Part shown: in pieces, positions 25,658 to 37,653 of the stretch
Layout of the letters: each line of letters begins with the position of its first letter
How positions within the stretch are numbered: the first letter of the stretch is position 1
Assembly: GCF_006345805.1 (NCBI RefSeq)
Contig: NC_042997.1
Coordinates: forward strand, 165,416,001 to 165,480,000
DNA length: 64,000 bases
Direction of reading: 5' to 3'
From: Octopus sinensis
Taxonomy: Eukaryota
The notes under the pieces: model-generated
The model's database searches: none
What the model was told of the DNA's origin: nothing
Seen by the model: only the letters and a program-made list of their open reading frames with translations
Position numbers and translations under genes: made by a program

Positions 25658-26312
25658 TGCTGCTGCTGCTGTTTAGCCTCAGGTCAACTCTGATTAAGTT
25701 GATCTATTAAAGGCATTCTATAGCGCGTTATGTAGGGGACATTTGGTTGCTACTTCTAGCAGATAGAGCGATCATTCGATTGTGACTCTCGAAGCTGTAT
25801 CTTCTATTCATGGCAATTTTAAACTATTAAGGCGCAGCTACCCAATGTTAGCATATTTACTGAAGTGAGCATAATATATATTAAGAATAAGATACGAGTT
25901 CAATAAATTTATATTCTTTTAATGATTTCGGAAAATACGGGAGACAAAACTGAACATATTTTGTCCTTATTAGCATCTTCAGAGAAGAATATACTTCACC
26001 ATATCTGTCGAAGTAGTGATGAGGGAATCACCAAGTAGATAAAACCTAATTGGTGTCAAAGAAATTAACATATTTACACAGATTTATCACCGAGAGAAGT
26101 TATTCGAAGACGTTATTTGCCTCTTTTATTTTTTGTTGATTTCAGTCATTGGACGGCGGCCAAGTTAGGGCACCACCTTGAAGGGTTTTAATCGACCATA
26201 TTGACCCCAGTACTTATTCCTGTAAATCTGCTCCTTATTCTAGCGTGTATAACAAAACTAATCAAATGTAATTACACAGTGAAGTAAAGAAAACATTGAG
26301 TGATTTCTGTTA

Positions 26313-26520
<208 letters not shown>

Positions 26521-27859
26521 CATTTTTCACTCCTACTTTTGTGTACCTTCTTAGAAATTATCTTATCACTGCTTCGGCAAGTAAAGTTTATTATGTGACA
26601 TGAGGATGTTTAATAAGACTGAATCAAGACTTGAATTATCTCCCGTGTTAGCTGAAATAATGAAAACAATACATGTCATCGTACTAATGTTGTCTTTTCC
26701 TCTTTGCATAATTATTTTCAATTAGCTTTTTGATATTAACTGCATTAAATATGATAACATTAACTGGACTGTTGCTTTTTAAATTGATGGCATTTCTAAA
26801 TACTTTCTGTCAGTGATTTATTCGTTAATGGGACCTACACTGGTTAAATTGCTCGAACGTATCTCTGCGTCTTTGGGCAGGTAACTTGACCACGATTTTG
26901 TTAATAGAACAACAGAAAATAATAATGTCCACTGCAGAGGTGTCTTATAATATATTCATCCTGTCATGCAAACTATGGCGAAGCTTGACCTGTTAGAAAT
27001 AGCTCCAAAATATACATCAAATTACTCCCTGTGGTCTTACAAAAAGACAGAGAATAATATAGACCGGTATTCACAATATTTAAAGATAGAAAGAGGTGGT
27101 ATGGTTATGACTGAACTGTTTCTTTAACACATATCTGCTTGATCAGACCGACAGGGCACTAACAACAACTAGAGTCAAATTATAAGTGTAAAATTAGGTA
27201 AAAGAAGCAGAAAACAGAAAAATATTACCCAGCTATGGGCAAATGCAGCTTGAAAGACTTTCTAAACGGTTGATCAAACGAAAAATTGCCTTGAAATCTT
27301 TTTAGTAACACTGCTCACCTGACGATGAGTCGGGTCTCATACGGCTTGTTTTTCGAAAAAGGTTGATATAACCTATAATCGTCGACAAAGTGTATTTCTG
27401 AAAAAAAAATATCCCAATTTTTTTCTTTTCCTTCTTTCTTTGTTTTTTTTTTCCTTTTTTTTTTCTCATTTGATTTTACAAATTTGCTGCTAATGAGATT
27501 CATTTAAGTTTAACAGTAACATGAGGCTACCAAATTCCTCTCACATAAATGAACTTCAAAAGCTACTCTCAACTATAAAGCTTTCAGTACTCTTCAATGT
27601 TGATATCTAACTGGCGGATGATGATAGAAGATCCCTAGTTATGTTAAATATGTTTTCGTTTTCCACGTTAAGGTCTCTGATCGTTGTTAGTGTCCTGTTG
27701 AATTTGTTTTATTTAACGGGGATAGTACAGGGTCTTAGATTATTTAGTTTCTTGATAGAATTTGTCATAGGGTTAGATGTAAATTTTGTAGAAATATACA
27801 GTTTTGTAATAATTATTGTTTAATGAGTTCGTAAATCCTTTATAAGATTGACATGCACA

Positions 27860-27890
<31 letters not shown>

Positions 27891-27959
27891 CCTATAATCA
27901 TACACACACACCTGCAATCATACACACACAGAGCACAATGATTAATTTTCTTCACCATT

Positions 27960-28430
27960 TCATTAATTGTTTTTCGTGTTTCGGTAGTGTCTTAGCTCTA
28001 ATTTCAACATTTCAATCGTCTTCCAAGGCTGTGTATAATCAGAGTAACTCGAGATTCCAACAACAATTAACAATCTTAAAAGCTCAGGTGAGACCTACAA
28101 TCGGAAACTACTCCCAAATCTGGGGCGATATAGCTGCTTCAAATACAAGCATACGAGCCCACATCCCAGAAAAGTCGGCCACCTAACTATGTAGTATGTA
28201 GTCGTCAGCCAACACACTTCCAACCTTTTTCTCCTGAAGCCGCCAACGTTCACAGCATCGATTGGAAGGCTTATGAAGGCCATGAACACCATGAAGGCCA
28301 TACAAGAAGGGTTTGTGTAGGCTATGAACACAACTCTTCCTCCAGATATAAATCCGATTGCGGTTTCTAGTTCAGGCCACTCCAGTCATGTTAACAGTGC
28401 CTTAGTAAAAGCATAAACGCCACACAATTC
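27960..28430 (+). mobile_element. Old CR1/L2/Jockey-group LINE RT C-terminal relic
   Basis: LTILKAQVRPTIGNYSQIWG resembles LYKAQVRP.MEY.S.IWG. Confidence 0.5.
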
Positions 28431-29099
28431 CAGTTCTTCTACCTTATAAAACTGAGGCATATATACCAATGTAAGAATTTGTATTGTATGCAATATGTAT
28501 TAACCGCGTGGGTACAAGCATGGCCAAGGAGTTTAAAAATTTGACTAGTGACTATTATATCGTATGTCATAAATATTTTATTGCGTGGATGCAGGCATGG
28601 TTGAAAAACTAAGAAATTCGTTTTGCAATCATGAAATCTCTGATTCGATACTGAATAGAGGACATCTTTTACTTTAGTGTCTTTTCGATCCAAGCATTCT
28701 GAGTAAAAGTGAGAGGAAGAAAACTGTGGCAGCCCACCAATATGAGTCGTTGACATGTATTATACGCCTGCTGTGTATTGATGACACTATAATGGAAGTC
28801 GTCCCAATTAAGCGCGAGTGCTCCAGCTGCCTCGCCACTCTTGCCCAACCAGCTTGTCCATCTATTGCGTCCTTTGCCCTTCTCTTGATCTACTACTCTC
28901 TACTCTTCCATCCATAAAAATGTTTTCCAGCCTTCTGCTTCTTTGAATATGGTCATAATAGATTAGTATATATGTCTCATGAAGGAACTTTATCCTTTTT
29001 TATGCTGTTATTTAAGAGTTATATAAAATATTGAGATCTGAAGGAAATACGGATTTTTTAAAAACTAAATATGATTCTTTTCCTTGTTATTTTCAGAAT

Positions 29100-29159
29100 A
29101 TGAGTCTCAGAGAACAGCATGGCGCTGAAAAACTCATTGACGAGTACACCCCACCAGAG
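29100..29159 (+). CDS. RALBP: Retinal-binding protein (SEC14-like, CRAL-TRIO + GOLD), coding exon 1: MSLREQHGAEKLIDEYTPPE
   Basis: Acceptor TTTCAG ends 29096, ATG at 29100, donor GTAAGA at 29160; resembles the squid RALBP N-terminus as recalled. Confidence 0.9.
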
Positions 29160-29974
29160 GTAAGAGTGTTTAAATATTTAAATGTCAAAGACTAGTTGTT
29201 GTGGATAAGGTCACATTGATACGATTCTGTGTAAGATGGCGAGCTGCCAGAAATGTTAGCCCGTCGACCAAAATGTCTTTGGGTATTTCTTCTGACTTGT
29301 TACGTTCCGAGTTCATTTTCATCGAGGTCGACTTGCTTTCATCCCTCCAGGGTCGATAAAATAAGGACAGGGATCGATGTAATCGATTAACCCCACTACC
29401 ATCAAAATCGCTGGCCTTGTGCCAAAGTTTTAAAAAATATATGTACTATGTACATATCCAGTTATAAGACACCTGATGACGGAAGAAGAAAACCGAACAA
29501 AACTTAATGGAGAACTAGACAAGCATTATTGATTTCTAACATGGGATAAAAAACTACAAATTTGTGATAAAGGTGTGATTAATAGTATCGACCCATTATT
29601 GAATGGTTGTTTATTTCAACAGGATTTGGAATGATGCAAGTCGAGATGGACAACGGTGGGGATTTGAACTTGGAACGATAATAGAAACAAATAAATATTT
29701 CAAGGCGTTTTGGTCACCGCTTTATCGAGTCTACCCAATGCATTTTTTCCTCCTCTCTACTGGTTTTACTAATATACCGTCTTCCAAGAGGTTTTATCTA
29801 CTGCTCTGCCGATTCTACGAATACACTCTAGCCAATGCTCTACCAATTCTGCCTAACCACCGGCATTGGCAGATTTAAGCATTCAAAAAATTGTTTACAA
29901 CTCCAAAGTTTACATCGAAATCTACTGAGTGTTTGTTCGTGTCACCTTAACTATTACGTGTCACAGACAATGGA

Positions 29975-30372
29975 CATGTCATGTTGGGGCACTGCCTTGA
30001 AGAACTTTAGCCGAACGAATCAACCCCAGTACTTTTTTTTAAGCCTGGTACTTATTCCATCGATCTCTTTTGAAGAACCGCTAGATTAAGAGTGCGTAAA
30101 CACACCAACACAGGTTGTTAGGTGGTAGTGGGACACACACACAGACACAAAGGCGTGTGCGCGCATACACACACGCATATACACACGCATATATATATAT
30201 ATATATATATATATAACGGACCTCGTTCATTTTCCGTTTTCCATCCACTCACAAGGTTTTGGTTGGCCCGGAGCTATAGTAGAAGACACTTGTCCAAGGT
30301 GTCACACAGTGGGACTGAACCCGGAACCATGTGGTTGGAAAGCAAGCTTCTTACCACACAGCCATGCCTACG
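29975..30372 (-). mobile_element. tRNA-derived SINE, third family with internal microsatellite
   Basis: Same head and body as 57440-57848(+) and 48490-48913(-). Confidence 0.75.
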
Positions 30373-30724
30373 TCTATAATGTTCCCATGTTTTTTTTCTC
30401 TAAATGTCTCCATACATCATTCAAATATATCCTTTCATCGTACTTTTCTATATAATTGTTTCATTGAATTGCATTCATATTATTAATAAGACGTATATAC
30501 ACGTAAAACTCTTGACACGGTCATGCATTCACTCACGTTACATAAATGTTGATTTACAGCCTACTCCCCCGGGATAAATGACTAAGTAAATAAAAAAGAA
30601 AGTTGGTTCTAACAGGATTTGAATTTCATATTAATAGTTAATATGGCTTTGTAGAGAATTGTAAGTTCAACGAAAATAAATTTAAAGAAGATACACATGA
30701 GAATGGTTAACTATACGCACACGC

Positions 30725-30762
<38 letters not shown>

Positions 30763-30924
30763 CGTTTTAACTCGTGTATAAGTCGCACTATTTTATGCTT
30801 ATTTTTAACAGGAAAATCTAGGGTGCGGCTTACAGACGAGTAAATACGACGTGTGTGTACGCGCGCGCGTATGTAATGTGTTTTTTGTAAATTGTGAGGA
30901 AGAATCGTACTGGGGGAAAATATT

Positions 30925-31325
30925 GATTTCAAATTTTGGCACAAGGCCAGAAATTTCGTGGGGGCGGGTTAAGTAGGTTATATCGACCCCGAAAGGATGA
31001 AAAACAAAGTCGACCTCGGTGGAATTTGAAATCAGAACGTAAAGACAGACGAAATGCCGCGAAGCATTTTGCCCGGCGTGCTAACGATTCTTATTTCTTT
31101 GTTGCCCACAAGGGGCTAAACGTAGAGGGGACAAACAAGGACAGACAAAAGGATTATGTCGATTACATCGACCCCAGTGCGTAACTGGTACTTAATTTAT
31201 TGACCCCGAAAGGATGAAAGGCAAAGTCGACCTCGGCGGAATTTGAACTCAGAATGTAGCGGCAGACGAAATGCTGCTAAGCATTTTGCCCGGCGTGCTA
31301 ACGTTTCTGCCAGCTCATCACCTTA
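30925..31325 (-). mobile_element. Nested/tandem pair of Meta-like SINEs
   Basis: Two cores CCCCGAAAGGATGAAA..AAAGTCGACCTCGG. Confidence 0.8.
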
Positions 31326-32939
31326 ATTGGTGGGGAAATATTGACCCGGTGAAGAGGCTGCATATTTGAGTTACTAGTAAAAGATGACCTGATGTCCTCA
31401 GGATAGTTCTGATGTGAGATCATCCGAAACCTTACGAACTGCAATCATAATCATCGTATTGGTTGTGGTTCGGTATGTTGTTATCTAGATTAACTATAAA
31501 AATTGTGTCTGAGCGGATAATTTCATAGCTGTCCTACTGTCCTGCTGTCCTCCATAGCTTCTATTATCCATCACAGTTATTTCATATACTTGAAATTTCC
31601 TCTTCTGCTGTGACTACTACTGCTATGATGACTATCAGAAAATCTTGTGGTTGCTGGTACAGTTGCTATCTTGACTGCTACACTGAGATGTAGCACAGCT
31701 TTACTAGGATGGGCTGTATTTTCGGCAACGCCTGTATACAGTACCAGTTGCAAATGTAGCATTTACTCTCAGTAGCTGAATGGTTAGAAATGATAATGAC
31801 CTAAGTTCGTTTTGGCTCCATTTTCATTGAGGAGATGAATGGAGATTGGGCCAAAAAATGATGACGTAGGCTGCTGTGGCTGCTGCTTATTGCAGTTGCC
31901 ATAGAAACTGCTATTGCTGTCAACGAAAAAAGTGCACGGGTTATTGCTCCAAAATGTGATTACGTAAGCTTGGTCGTTGACAAAATAGGCGAACTCGTGG
32001 ATTAGTAGAGAAAACGATGTCACTGTGCAGCGCTGGCATCACTTGGACTATGCTGGCGTTATCGAACTAAATCGGTACGCTACGATCAAACTGACATGAG
32101 ATATCCGTCACAATTTTACTTAGAGTTGAGCACTAGCGAGTCGAATCCGACACCTCATTTCGATTTCCAGATGAATCAATTCTCCGTGCATCTGTTAGTA
32201 ACGTTCCCTGAAAATACATAAATGTTACAAAGCTAAAAATCAAAGTTATCTGGTGTAGGGATAAGTTTATGAATTCGTTGGTCACAAACTTACAACACAA
32301 AACAGCATGACGCCGTAACTCATGTATAAGGGAGTTAATTGTTTCAAACAATTTCTTTTTAATCCCTTAACAAAGCAATGAAAGCTTGCCTGGCCGAATT
32401 GATAACGTATTGGAAAATCAATTGAGCGGTCGATGGGCTGCCTCGTAACATCCTTGCTATGTTAATTCCAATACTAAAAACGTATTTCTCAAATGGCATT
32501 TTCCACTTCGCGATAAACAGGTGGGGGCGCAGTTAAAAGACAAGTGGTTGCTTCCTACAGTAACAATGCTGTAACATGGATGAAATTTTCGGTAGCTTAC
32601 GGTTCTGAGTATAATTGATCCTACTGTATATGATTCGCTGAAAGATGATTCTGCCAAACTAAAATGTCCTAAACATCCTACACGAAGCTTAGATTTTCAT
32701 CGGTAGACATACGACTTAATTGTCCTGTAAAGTTACTGACACCTTTGGGCAATTATGAGTTTTCTATGAACTGAATTCTTAGTTGAAGACAGTTCTTTTC
32801 TCTTATTATACAAATACTTCTGAAAATGTATAAATGTCATATACAATCTTAATTCCTCAATTTGAGGGTCGGTGTTTAAATTAAAGAAAAAATGTTTTTT
32901 CGATCTCAATAATTTCAAGCTTTTTTTCCTGCTTTGTAG

Positions 32940-33128
32940 GTCATCCAGAAATACATGACTGGAGGAGATATTGGACACGATAAAGAAGGTGCAGTCGTCC
33001 GAATTGAGCCATGGGGCTACTTAGATATGAAGGGAATCATGTATTCATGCAAAAAATCAGATTTGGAAAAGAGCAAGCTGCTTCAGTGTGAAAAACATCT
33101 AAAAGACCTGGAAGGTGAAACTGAAAAG
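32940..33128 (+). CDS. RALBP: RALBP exon 2: [17 protein letters not shown]...LEGETEK
   Basis: AG at 32938-39, GT at 33129, 189 nt, phase 0/0; start of the CRAL-TRIO domain. Confidence 0.95.
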
Positions 33129-33439
33129 GTAGAACTGCTGATATTTTTTGTATTTAACATATAAATCTATTAAGATATTAATTTAGTACTTGATTAAACA
33201 CAATAAGGTTTTACCAATACTTATACAGGAATTTGTAAAATTATTGTAACAAGAGTTTCTACTAGATGGGAGATTACATTGCCAGACAACTGGTTTATAA
33301 AAGAGAACAGAGTCCAAGTAACTGGTAGTAGTTTGTGTCGGCAAAAAATTGTTCAGAGAATTCCTTGGATTTCGATAATTTTGTATGCTGTGTGGAGAGG
33401 CGGACTTTGACATCTGAGAGAGAAATATTTTCTCGAATG

Positions 33440-34170
33440 TATCGAGTGTAGGACTTGTACCTACACTTAGTATAGTAGGACTGGTGAATATGTTCAGTAC
33501 TAGCATTTAAATATAGCAGCCCTGCTAACATGTCCACAAATTGAAATTAAATGTAATAGGACAACTGATAAGTCCAGCATCTACATTTGAATATAGTAGG
33601 ACTACTCAGAAGAGCTCTTAAGACAACTTACATTTCCAAAACCTACATCTAACCCTAACCTTATTTAAATGGAATGCAGATAACTCCTGAGGTGTCCAGT
33701 ACTTACACTTAACTACAACCGGACTCATAGTATGTCGTATACCTAATACGGTAGGATTACTTACATTCTTAGTTCCTACATTTAACTGTAACCCTGCATT
33801 TAAAGAGAACGCAGTAGGACTCCTGATATACCTAATAAATAAAATAAATGCGCCCTTTTAAAGCATAGCCAGGCTCATGGGCCCGGTTTCCCGGTTTCAA
33901 TGGCGTGTGTGTTCCCCAGTTGTATGGGACGCCAGTCCATCGCAGCGTTACTCATTTTTGTCAGCTGAATGGACTGGAGCAACGTGAAATGAAGCAGTTT
34001 GCTCAAGAACACAACGAAGGAATTGAAACCACAATCTTACGATCATGATACTGACACCCTAACCACTAAGCCACGCGCCTCCACGATATCCCTAATACTT
34101 ACACTAAACAACAGTACTCAGAGTATGATGCATGCTCACAGTCTACAATGGAATGCATTACGACTACTTG
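33440..34170. repeat. Degenerate ~40-bp minisatellite (consensus near AATATAGTAGGACTNCTGATATGTCCAGTACCTACATTTA)
   Basis: Recurrent GTAGGAC...CTACAYTT motifs; interrupted by a SINE. Confidence 0.55.
33838..34084 (-). mobile_element. SINE with 13-bp target-site duplication
   Basis: TSD GATATACCTAATA (33825-33837) / GATATCCCTAATA (34085-34097); tRNA-like head at about 34020-34084 on the minus strand. Confidence 0.8.
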
Positions 34171-34908
34171 GAAATTTGTTTTCTTCTCTCAGTCCCTAAA
34201 GGTCAGATTTCATTTCCCTCGCGGCACTGATTCATAGATAACGGGATCAAATCCAATATTGTCTCCTGCCGCAAACCGTATTGTTTTAATTTAAAATAAA
34301 CAGTATTACCATTTAGATATAAAATGGTTGGCAGAAAAAGGAATAGAATAATACCTTCTATAAGATATATGGGCGATGAGAGATTAATCTTTCTTGCCTA
34401 TAAATTAAAGACGTGTCGTATCTAATGGGAAAATAAGATTAAAACAGTAATCTGTAATTTTGTCTTGGCCTGGGTTTTGATATTTTCCTCATTAGTAGGA
34501 AATATATTGTGCTCTACTAAATTATGGTTATTGTTGTTGTTCAACCCTAGATCAACTATATTGACTGAGAAGACTTATTCCACCCGTCACTATATCGTAA
34601 TTTTACAAATATCTCCAGTCTTATATAGGACCTATGGATACGATTTAAAGCCTATTTGGCAGCTATTTCTAGCAGGCCGAGTTAGTACACAGAGGCTCTT
34701 TTACTGTTGCTGTTATTATTTAACCCTAGTTCAACCCTAATCGAGCAGAAATGCTAAAGACGTTCCAGTCATGACCACCTTCTTTTTTCTTATGCACAAG
34801 GAACTTAGGACTACGGTGGATAACGTGTTTATTTCTACCAACTCGGGAGACCATTTCTAGGAACTCGGTTGTTTCATTTCATTGTGTACGTTAGCATTTT
34901 ATTTCGAA

Positions 34909-35605
34909 CTAGCAGTATCGCCCGGCGTTGCTCGGATTTGTAAGGGAAATAACTATATAAGCATTTTTAGAGAGTTATAGCCAAAAAATAGCAAAAAAAT
35001 GCATTAAAATGGAAAAAAATGATGGTAATTTTTTTTTTTAATCGTAGACGCGCGCTAACACCCAGAAGGGCTCGATATGAATCACGACTATAATATACCC
35101 GCTTTTGGTTAAACTGCACCGCAAAATGTGGGAGTAGTTAGGAATCTAAATCGTAGGAGACAGACACACAACTTCACTTCTCTTTATATAAAAGTGAAGT
35201 TGTGTGAGTGTCTGTCTCCTACGATTTAGATTCCTAACTACTCCCACATTTTGCGGTGCAGTGTAACCAAAAGCGGGTATCTTATAGTCGTGATTCATAT
35301 CGAGCCCTTCTGGGTATTAGTGCGCGTCTACGATGAGTCTACGATTTAAAAAATAATTTACCATAATTTTTTTCCATTTTAATGCATTTTTTCGCTATTA
35401 TATAAGGGAAGTAACTCTCTAAAAATATCTACGATGAGTCAACGATTAAAAAAAAAATTTACCATAATTTTTTTTCCATTTTGAATGCATTTTTTTGCTA
35501 TTTTTTTGCTATTTTTTTGCTATAACTCTCTAAAAATGCTTATATAGTTATTTCCCTTACAAACCCGAGCAACGCCGGGCGATACTGCTAGTCTATATAT
35601 AAAGA
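34909..35605 (-). mobile_element. Non-autonomous Helitron, outer copy
   Basis: Minus strand A|TCTTTATATA...CCGAGCAACGCCGGGCGATACTGCTAG|T: TC start, subterminal hairpin, CTAG end, A/T target. Confidence 0.85.
35181..35591 (+). mobile_element. Non-autonomous Helitron, inner copy in inverted orientation
   Basis: TCTTTATATAAAAGTGAAG start and CCCGAGCAACGCCGGGCGATACTGCTAG|T end. Confidence 0.85.
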
Positions 35606-35767
35606 TGTTTTATAGAAGTCAGTGGACGGAGAAGTGAAAGAAATGCTTGAATATTTTAAACTTAAAAGTAATTTGTTCTGTTCTGACTCAAATGTCCCAA
35701 ACCGATTATCTTGCTTCTTCGAAGAAATGTTAACAGCATTTAATATATAAACGTTTGTTTTTTGCAG

Positions 35768-35843
35768 CTTGGGAAACCCTGCGCTGGATTGACTGTTGTG
35801 TTCGATATGCAGAATGTAGGATCTAAACACATGTGGAAACCCG
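35768..35843 (+). CDS. RALBP: RALBP exon 3: [25 protein letters not shown](G)
   Basis: TTTGCAG acceptor, GTAAGT donor, 76 nt, phase 0/1. Confidence 0.95.
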
Positions 35844-36593
35844 GTAAGTCAGTCGCAAATTATTCTCATATGTACTAATATAAACTTGTAAATTATTCTA
35901 ATATAAGCTAATATTTTACTTAATGTAGGCGCAGTGTGGCCAACTAGTTAAGAATTTCGTTTCGCAAACACGAAATTCCGGGTTCGATCCCACGGTGCGG
36001 CATGTTTTGTATAGCATCGCGTCTGCTCACTCATTATGAATGAGACTGGATAGACGGAAACTGTAAAGAAACTCGTCGAAAGAACACTACCTCTAATCCA
36101 AACGTACAGTGACGCTGATACCGCTTAAGAATTGCATTAACAACACGTCTGTGGAATGCTCAGCCATTTACACGTCAAATCAATGGACATATTGATAATC
36201 CGGTTGATGGAATCTTTGTCAGAACCATCCGTCCGTCCATCCATTCTGCTTTATACCCGTTTATTTTCAAGCTAACATTGATTCATTATTACTTAATAGA
36301 AGGCGGCGAGCTGGCAGAACCGTTAAGACGCCAAACAAAATACTTAGCGGCATTTCGTCAATCTTTACGTTCTGAGTTCAAATCAGGTCACAAACAAGTG
36401 AACATTTATAAATTGAGATCATTAAAAAAAATACCACACTGGGATCAGGATATAAATTACTAAAAGCCTTGACGGCAGGTCTTCAGTCGGCATGGCTGCA
36501 TTCTAATGACTAATATGAATAAAAGGAAGGAAAAAAATCATTATTTCTAATTCTCTCTAAAGGAGACTACGGCAGCGGTACTGAATATTAATA

Positions 36594-36949
36594 GTTATCG
36601 CCAAGCTAACATGGCAGTCTTTTAGAGAGAATTAGAAATAATGATATTTCTATTTTTGAAAACCAGTGGATGTATTCCACTGAATTTAGGTAAATAATCC
36701 TTCAAACAGTCGGTCAGCAGCGATGCCTGCTGGATTCGGCTACTCCACATTGATAAGAGGCAAACACCTCGAAACTAGTCTGTAGATGCCAGACCAGCAA
36801 GGGGAAGCTGCTGACCTCCCCTGTTCGAAGGTTATAATGGACACAAGTTTGTGTGTCACATAGCTAGCTAGAGGCGATGGCCTCTTGGAGCTAATCAACG
36901 GCAGCATTCGTCCTATTTTTCTGGACTGCCATGTTAGCTTGACGATAAC
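36594..36949. mobile_element. 356-bp unit bounded by 26-bp inverted repeats and carrying a hammerhead motif
   Basis: GTTATCGCCAAGCTAACATGGCAGTC (36594-36619) vs GACTGCCATGTTAGCTTGACGATAAC (36924-36949), 1 mismatch. Confidence 0.7.
36744..36786 (+). ncRNA. Minimal type I hammerhead ribozyme, U3:A8 core variant
   Basis: TCCACA-TTGATAA-GAGG caaaca CCTC-GAAA-CTAG-TC-TGTAGA: stem I 5/6 pairs, perfect 4-bp stem II, palindromic ACTAGT stem III, GUC site. Confidence 0.72.
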
Positions 36950-37653
36950 CGTGAAAAAAATATTCTTTAGAAAATGTACAGACTGTTTCTAGATTGTCCT
37001 CTGATATATAGTTCTGAATGTAATATATTAGAATAGATTTTTTTAAATAGCTCTATAGTTATATACAATTTAATTATAGCAATGTAAATAAATTTATGTA
37101 GCTGTGGTCATGAGGAAAATTCTACGTGGCTACTTGTTCCGTAAAAATAAACAGCAACATCTTCCTCAAATGAGAGCTTGTTCATGCTTAACCCTGTTCA
37201 ACTGAGCTACTTAGAGATAAAACAACTGGTATTCGGTGCCATCTTAAGACATGGGTACACTGGGTTGTTACTTGAGAGGTCTCATGGGTCTAGGAACCCG
37301 ATTCTGATCTATGTATGCTGTGGTTTGCTGAAATGCTAAGCGGTATTTCTTCCAGCTCTACGTTTTGAGTCCAAACGCCATCGAGATAAACTTTGCCTTT
37401 CATCTATTGAAGCTCGATAAAATAATAGCAGTTGAACATTGGAGTAATGTGTTCGATTCCCCATCCCTCAAAATTGCTGGCCTTGAGACAAAATTAGAAA
37501 GGATTATAAAAGGGAGAGTTGAAACAGGTACTTTGTGTGTCTCTCTTTAGACTTCCATACATGTATTAATGGAAATTTAATTCAATCCACCATAATGATT
37601 GAATCAACAGCAATTATGACCAAAAGAATGTTATTAAATATATAGTCAAATAG

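Noticed and set aside
25915-25986. Minus-strand CTGAAGA...GAAA around a hairpin
   Set aside because: No UH cleavage site and an unpaired base of stem II.
27312-27385. CTGACGA...CGAAA hammerhead-like text
   Set aside because: Stem I has no partner after the putative UA site, and stems II and III are mismatched next to the core; at most a fossil.
29470-29500. CTGATGA-CGG...CC-GAAC hammerhead-like text
   Set aside because: GAAA is broken, and there is no stem III or cleavage triplet.
31550-32130. Relatively GC-richer, codon-like stretch in intron 1
   Set aside because: No sustained ORF or recognisable motif; probably an old transposon relic.
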